Source of the DNA: the human T2T-CHM13v2.0 reference genome, Homo sapiens
Assembly (NCBI RefSeq): GCF_009914755.1
Contig: NC_060929.1
DNA length: 64,000 bases
Reading direction: 5' to 3' (one strand)
In this document: in pieces, positions 59,348 to 64,000 of the stretch
Layout: each line of letters starts with the position of its first letter
Numbering within the stretch: position 1 is the stretch's first letter
Notes under the pieces: model-generated
The model's input: only the letters and a program-made list of their open reading frames with translations
Told to the model about the DNA's origin: nothing
Databases searched by the model: none
Position numbers and translations under genes: made by a program

Positions 59348-61994
59348 TGCAATTGCAACAAAAACAAAAACTGACAAATGGGATCTAATTAAACTAAAGG
59401 ACTTCTAGCACAGCAAAATAAACTATGAGAGGAAATACACAACATACAGAGTGGGAGAAAATTTTTGCACACTATGCATCTGACAAAGGTCTAATATCCA
59501 GCATCTAAAAGGAACTTAAATTGACAAGAAAAAAAAAAAAAACCCTAACAATCCCATTAAAAAGTGGTCAAAGAGCATGAACAGACATTTTCCAAAACAT
59601 GACATACATGCAACCAACAATTATTTTAAAAAGCTCAATATTTCTGATCATTAGGGAAATGCAAATCAAAACCACAATGAGGTACCATCTCATATCAGTC
59701 AGAATGATTATTAAAAAGTCAAAAATAACAGATGCTGGTAAGATGGTGGAGAAAAAGGAATGCTCATACACTACTGGTGAAAGTGTAAGTTAGTTCAACC
59801 ATTGTGGAAGACAGCATGGCAATTCTTCAAAGACCTAAAGATAGAACTACCATTCAACCCAGCAATCCCATTGCTAGGTATATGCCCAAAAGAATATAAA
59901 TAATATTATAAAAACACATGCACATGTATGTTCATTGCAGCATTATTCAGAGTAGCAAATATGTGGAACAAACCTAAATGCCCATCAATGATAGACTGGA
60001 TAAAGATAATGTGTTACATATACATCCTGGAATACTACACAGCCATAACAAATCAATGAGATCATGTCCTTTGCAGGGACATGGATGGAGCTGGAGGCCC
60101 TCATACTTAGCAAATACAGAACAGAAAACCAAATACTGCATGTTCTCACTTGTAAGTGGGAGCTAAATGATGAGAACACAGAGACACACAGAGGAGAACA
60201 GACACTGGGGATCCTTGGAGGGTGGGAGGAGGGAAAGGATCAGGAAAAACAACTAATGAATACTACGCTTAATACCTGGATGATGAAATAATCTGTAAAC
60301 AAACTGCCAAGACACAAATGTACCTATGTAACAAACCTGCACATATACCCCTGAACTTAAAAAAGAAAATGTATATATACACTATGTAACACTACTCAGT
60401 CATAAAAAAGAATGGAATAATGTCTTTTGCAGGAACTTGGTTGGAGCTGGAAGCCATTATTCTAAGTGAAGTAACTAAGGAATGGAACATCAAATACTGC
60501 ACATTCTCACTTACAAGGGGGAGCTAAGCTATGGGTACACAAAGCCTAGAGTGATATAATGAAATATGGAGACTCAGAAGGGGGAGATAGGAGGGGGAGT
60601 AAGGAATAAAAACCTACATATTGGGTGCAACATACACCACTCGAGTGATGGGTGCACTAAAATGTTGAACTTCACCACTATACAATTCATCTATGTAACC
60701 AAAAACCACTTGTACCCCCAAAGCACTGAAATCTTAAAAAATTAAGGAAAAAGAAAATGTGGTACATATACACAATGGAGTACTATTCAGCATAAAGAAT
60801 GAGATCCTGTCATTTGCAACAATGGATGGAACTGGAGATCATTATGTTAAGTGAAATAAGCCAGGCACAGAAAGACAAGCATCACATGGTCTCACTTATT
60901 TGTGAGATGCAAAAATCAAAATGATTGAACCCATCGAGATATAGAGTAGAAGGATGGTTACCAGAGGCTGGAAAGGGTAGTGGCAGGGGCGGGGGCGGGG
61001 ATGGGGGCGGGGGTGAGGGGGATGCTAATGGGTAAAAAAAAAAATAGTAAGAATGAATAATACCTAATAATACCTAGTATTTGATAGCACAACGGCGTAG
61101 CTATAGTCAAAATATTTTAATTGTACATTTCAAAATAACTAAAAGAACATAACTGGTTTGTAACACAAAGGATAAACTCTTGAGGGGATAAATACCCCAT
61201 TTTTCATCATGTGATTACTACGAATCAAATGCCTATATCAAATTCTCTCGTGTACCCCACAAATATATACACCTATGTACCCACAAAAATTAAAACAACA
61301 ACAAATCTTTTGTGCCTTTTTTTCTCTCTCTCTCTCTTTTGTGCCTTTTTACTGGGTGGCTAATTTTGTTATTGAGTTGCCACAGTTTTCTCTTGAAGCA
61401 CCCTGGGACTCAAGGTCTGCTGGAGGCAAGAGGCAGAGTGTGAAACCACCGGTTCCGGAGAGTAGCGTCGCAGCTCCGTGCAGGGTTCATGATGCTTCTG
61501 ACACTTTCTGGTCCATGAAGCCCTGGCCCCGGTTTGAGCTTTCTGTCCTTTGCCCTCTTCCTCAGAGCACAGTCTGTAGGACCGGCTGGCAGCCTCCCTG
61601 ATGGCAATCCCCTGCCCCCTGCACCTGGGCAGTAGCCTGGACGGTTTTCACATGGCCCTTACCCTCACTGACATGGATGGGCCAGTGCGTTTACTTTGGG
61701 GTTTTGACTTAGTTCTGAATGTGTATCTTGGCTGCCCATTCTATGTCTCACCCTGTCCCAGCCAGCACCTCAGTTCTGATACAGCCACACACATCAGCAA
61801 CAAGACCAAAGGATGTCAGGAGAATACTGAACGTTGTCTGGAGGCAGAGATCCCACTATTTCATTTGTTTCATGGTATGTCTTTTTTGGTGGTTAATCCT
61901 CCAAAAAATGTCAATTTATTTCTTATATCGGAAAAAGTCATCCCCCCCGCCCACCACCACCACCACTCTGCTGTGATGCCCTCTCCCTCATCTA

Positions 61995-62345
61995 AATCCC
62001 ACTGTCCCTTCAGGCCCAAATTTAAACCTCATTTTCTCTGTGAAGCCCACCCTTACCTCCCTCCACCCCCTGACCCATTCCAAAGGCCACTGGGCACACT
62101 TTCTAGAGCTTGTGCTCACTCTCTCTCACTGGCTGTCTTTTCTCTGCAATCTCTAGAAAACACTGATCTCTTAACATGCACCACTACCTCTAATAGAGAA
62201 CTTGGGCATCCTGAAAAGTTGCTTTTAATGTTTTATCTCTCCTGCTTAATGTCCAGCTCCTTGAGAGAGGGGAAAAATGGTTTCTTATTGTAACAGTGCC
62301 CTGCATATAAGTGCTCAATAATTGTTTATATTTTGTCGAATCAAA
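61995..62345 (+). mobile_element. L2 3' fragment
   Basis: CCTTCAGGCCCAAATTTAAACCTCATTTTCTCTGTGAAGCC...AGCTCCTTGAGAG...AAGTGCTCAATAA. Confidence 0.65.
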
Positions 62346-62499
62346 TTCTGTGTTTAAAGATTTTCCCCTTCATTGTGCTGGTGCCATGGAGAATGCGCCA
62401 GCAACTATGCATATGTGTGTGAGTTAGGTGGGAGGGGAAGGGGGAGAGGGGGAGAGAGAGAAAGAGAGAGAGAAGGAAAAGAGATTACCATTTCCTTAG

Positions 62500-62967
62500 C
62501 TTTTTCCAGGTGAGGCAGGTTCCCCCCCAGCACCACCTCTGCACATCAAGGCTGCTTACTGCCAATGCCTGCCACTCTGCCTAAACATTTTCCTTGCTGC
62601 AAGAGCCTGTGCGCCAACTAAGTGGCAAGTGCCAATGAGTTAATGCTCATGGAGGCAGCCCATCGTTTGTTGACAAACTATGGATGGGGAGCTGGTGGAT
62701 CAGTATCTCTGCCTTTTAGACAACTCCCTCTCAAGGGTGTGCTAACTCTGAGGTGCGTTCTACATCATCTCCCAGAGATCTCTGGCGGTACTGAGCCCCA
62801 ATTTCTCACAGCAGTAACAGGCTGTACAGGCCCCTTATCGTCTTCCTTCTCCCTTTCTTACTCTTCTGCTTCCTTATCAGGGTTTTCTGGGGTCAGCCTC
62901 CAAATAAACTACTTGTACTTAAATACTTATCTCAGGGTTGGTTCCTGGAAGAACCCACATCAAGACA
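62500..62967 (+). mobile_element. LTR16-like ERVL LTR
   Basis: 3' end CCTCCAAATAAACTACTTGTACTTAAATACTTATCTCAGGGTTGGTTCCTGGAAGAACCCACATCAAGACA; 5' boundary approximate. Confidence 0.7.
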
Positions 62968-64000
62968 ATTTGCTTTGCATTCTTTTGGATGGTCTTTCCC
63001 TGTGTCTAAAACAAAAGCCAAATCCTGAACACTTTTCTGAGAAAGCTCTGGTCGGTGCCAACAGAGGCAGGAGGACTTGTTGTGGCACCTGGTGTCAGGC
63101 TTTGCTGGAATTATGTTAGCCATCCTCTCAGGGCACTCTGGGCTGCTCTCCACAGGGTGCTTCCACAGTCGGTTCCAGGTCTGGTTGTTTCTAAAATTCA
63201 GAGCCAAATGTAGCAGCACCCAAGGGAATTCACTGGGTCTGGCATGACGGCTTCGCACAAAGCCAAGCAGCATCTGAGTCTGCCGTTGAGTGGCTATAGC
63301 ACACTACACGTTGGACAAAATTTTCAGGGACCTTCACCAAAGTGCAAACCAAAGCAATTGTTCACATATGCAACATTCACCTAGGTACTCTCCCAAGTAA
63401 AATAGACAAGAATATTTATCTAACAGACTGGCAGAATGCCTTGAGAAAGTCAGACAAGATTCTCACAGCAAGGGTCAGTCTAGTATCAAACAAATTCTAA
63501 CATATACACTTCATGAGTCTCAGTCCACTTTTAACACAGTAAAATTTCCTTCTTTACTGGCCTGTATCATGTTGAATCCATAATGCAACATGACCCAGCT
63601 TTGACATTATTTGTAGATATAAAAACATGGTGCTCTGGAAAGAATTATAAATGCTTCACTGAGCTTTAGTAGGAAAGTCTCTTGAAAAATGGAAATCAAT
63701 GTCTAGCATAGCAGGTAGCACTCTTAGAAATAAGGCAAATTCTATACAAAACAGTCTTGCCTGAAACAAGCTTGAGTGCATTCAATCCAGCAATTGCTAT
63801 TACTAATAGCTGAAGAAGATTCTTACTAGAAGAAAGAAAGAGGAATGCTGGATCCACATTGCAATGAGAACCATATGTGACATGCATTAGCATCAATAAC
63901 TGTCCTCGCCATTCATATATTAGCATCTCATACATTATCACTGAGGAATTATTGAGAACATTTGGTCCACTGTGACTGGGGACTCACACCTCTTCTGGGT

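Noticed and set aside
61601-62293. 230-aa ORF with a His run
   Set aside because: No recognisable domain; its second half runs through an L2 fragment and the His run comes from a (CAC)n repeat. Likely chance.
62622-63119. 165-aa ORF
   Set aside because: Mostly inside an LTR16-like repeat; non-ATG start; no domain.

Overview
Human, apparently non-genic DNA; the human-specific L1HS Ta marks identify the species. No host protein-coding exon is evident. The left ~22.8 kb is unique sequence mixed with ancient repeats (MLT1/THE1C/LTR16 LTRs, an ERVL internal fragment with a fossil dUTPase, MER20, L2, MIR) and includes a small CpG-rich candidate enhancer at ~14.2-14.5 kb. At 22850-28879 lies a full-length L1HS of the youngest Ta-1d subset. 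It has intact ORF1 (338 aa), ORF2 (1275 aa) and ORF0, and a perfect 15-bp TSD, so it is a candidate retrotransposition-competent source element. It also carries a variant YY1 site and several apparently private ORF2 substitutions. From ~30 to 61.3 kb the window is almost entirely two nested transposon stacks. Stack 1 is MIR > MLT2D > L1MA5-like > L1PA5 and a twin-primed L1PA7. Stack 2 is old L1M > L1MA2 > L1PB > MLT2A, MER11, Alu and L1PA13 > Alu. The most unusual junctions are a 43-bp duplication around an MLT2A LTR, ~135 bp of non-L1 sequence inside an L1PA13 TSD, and a TSD apparently corrected by a quasi-palindrome. I found no new biological system; the main active machinery is the well-known LINE-1. 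Subfamily labels and consensus comparisons are from recalled sequences and need RepeatMasker/Dfam confirmation.
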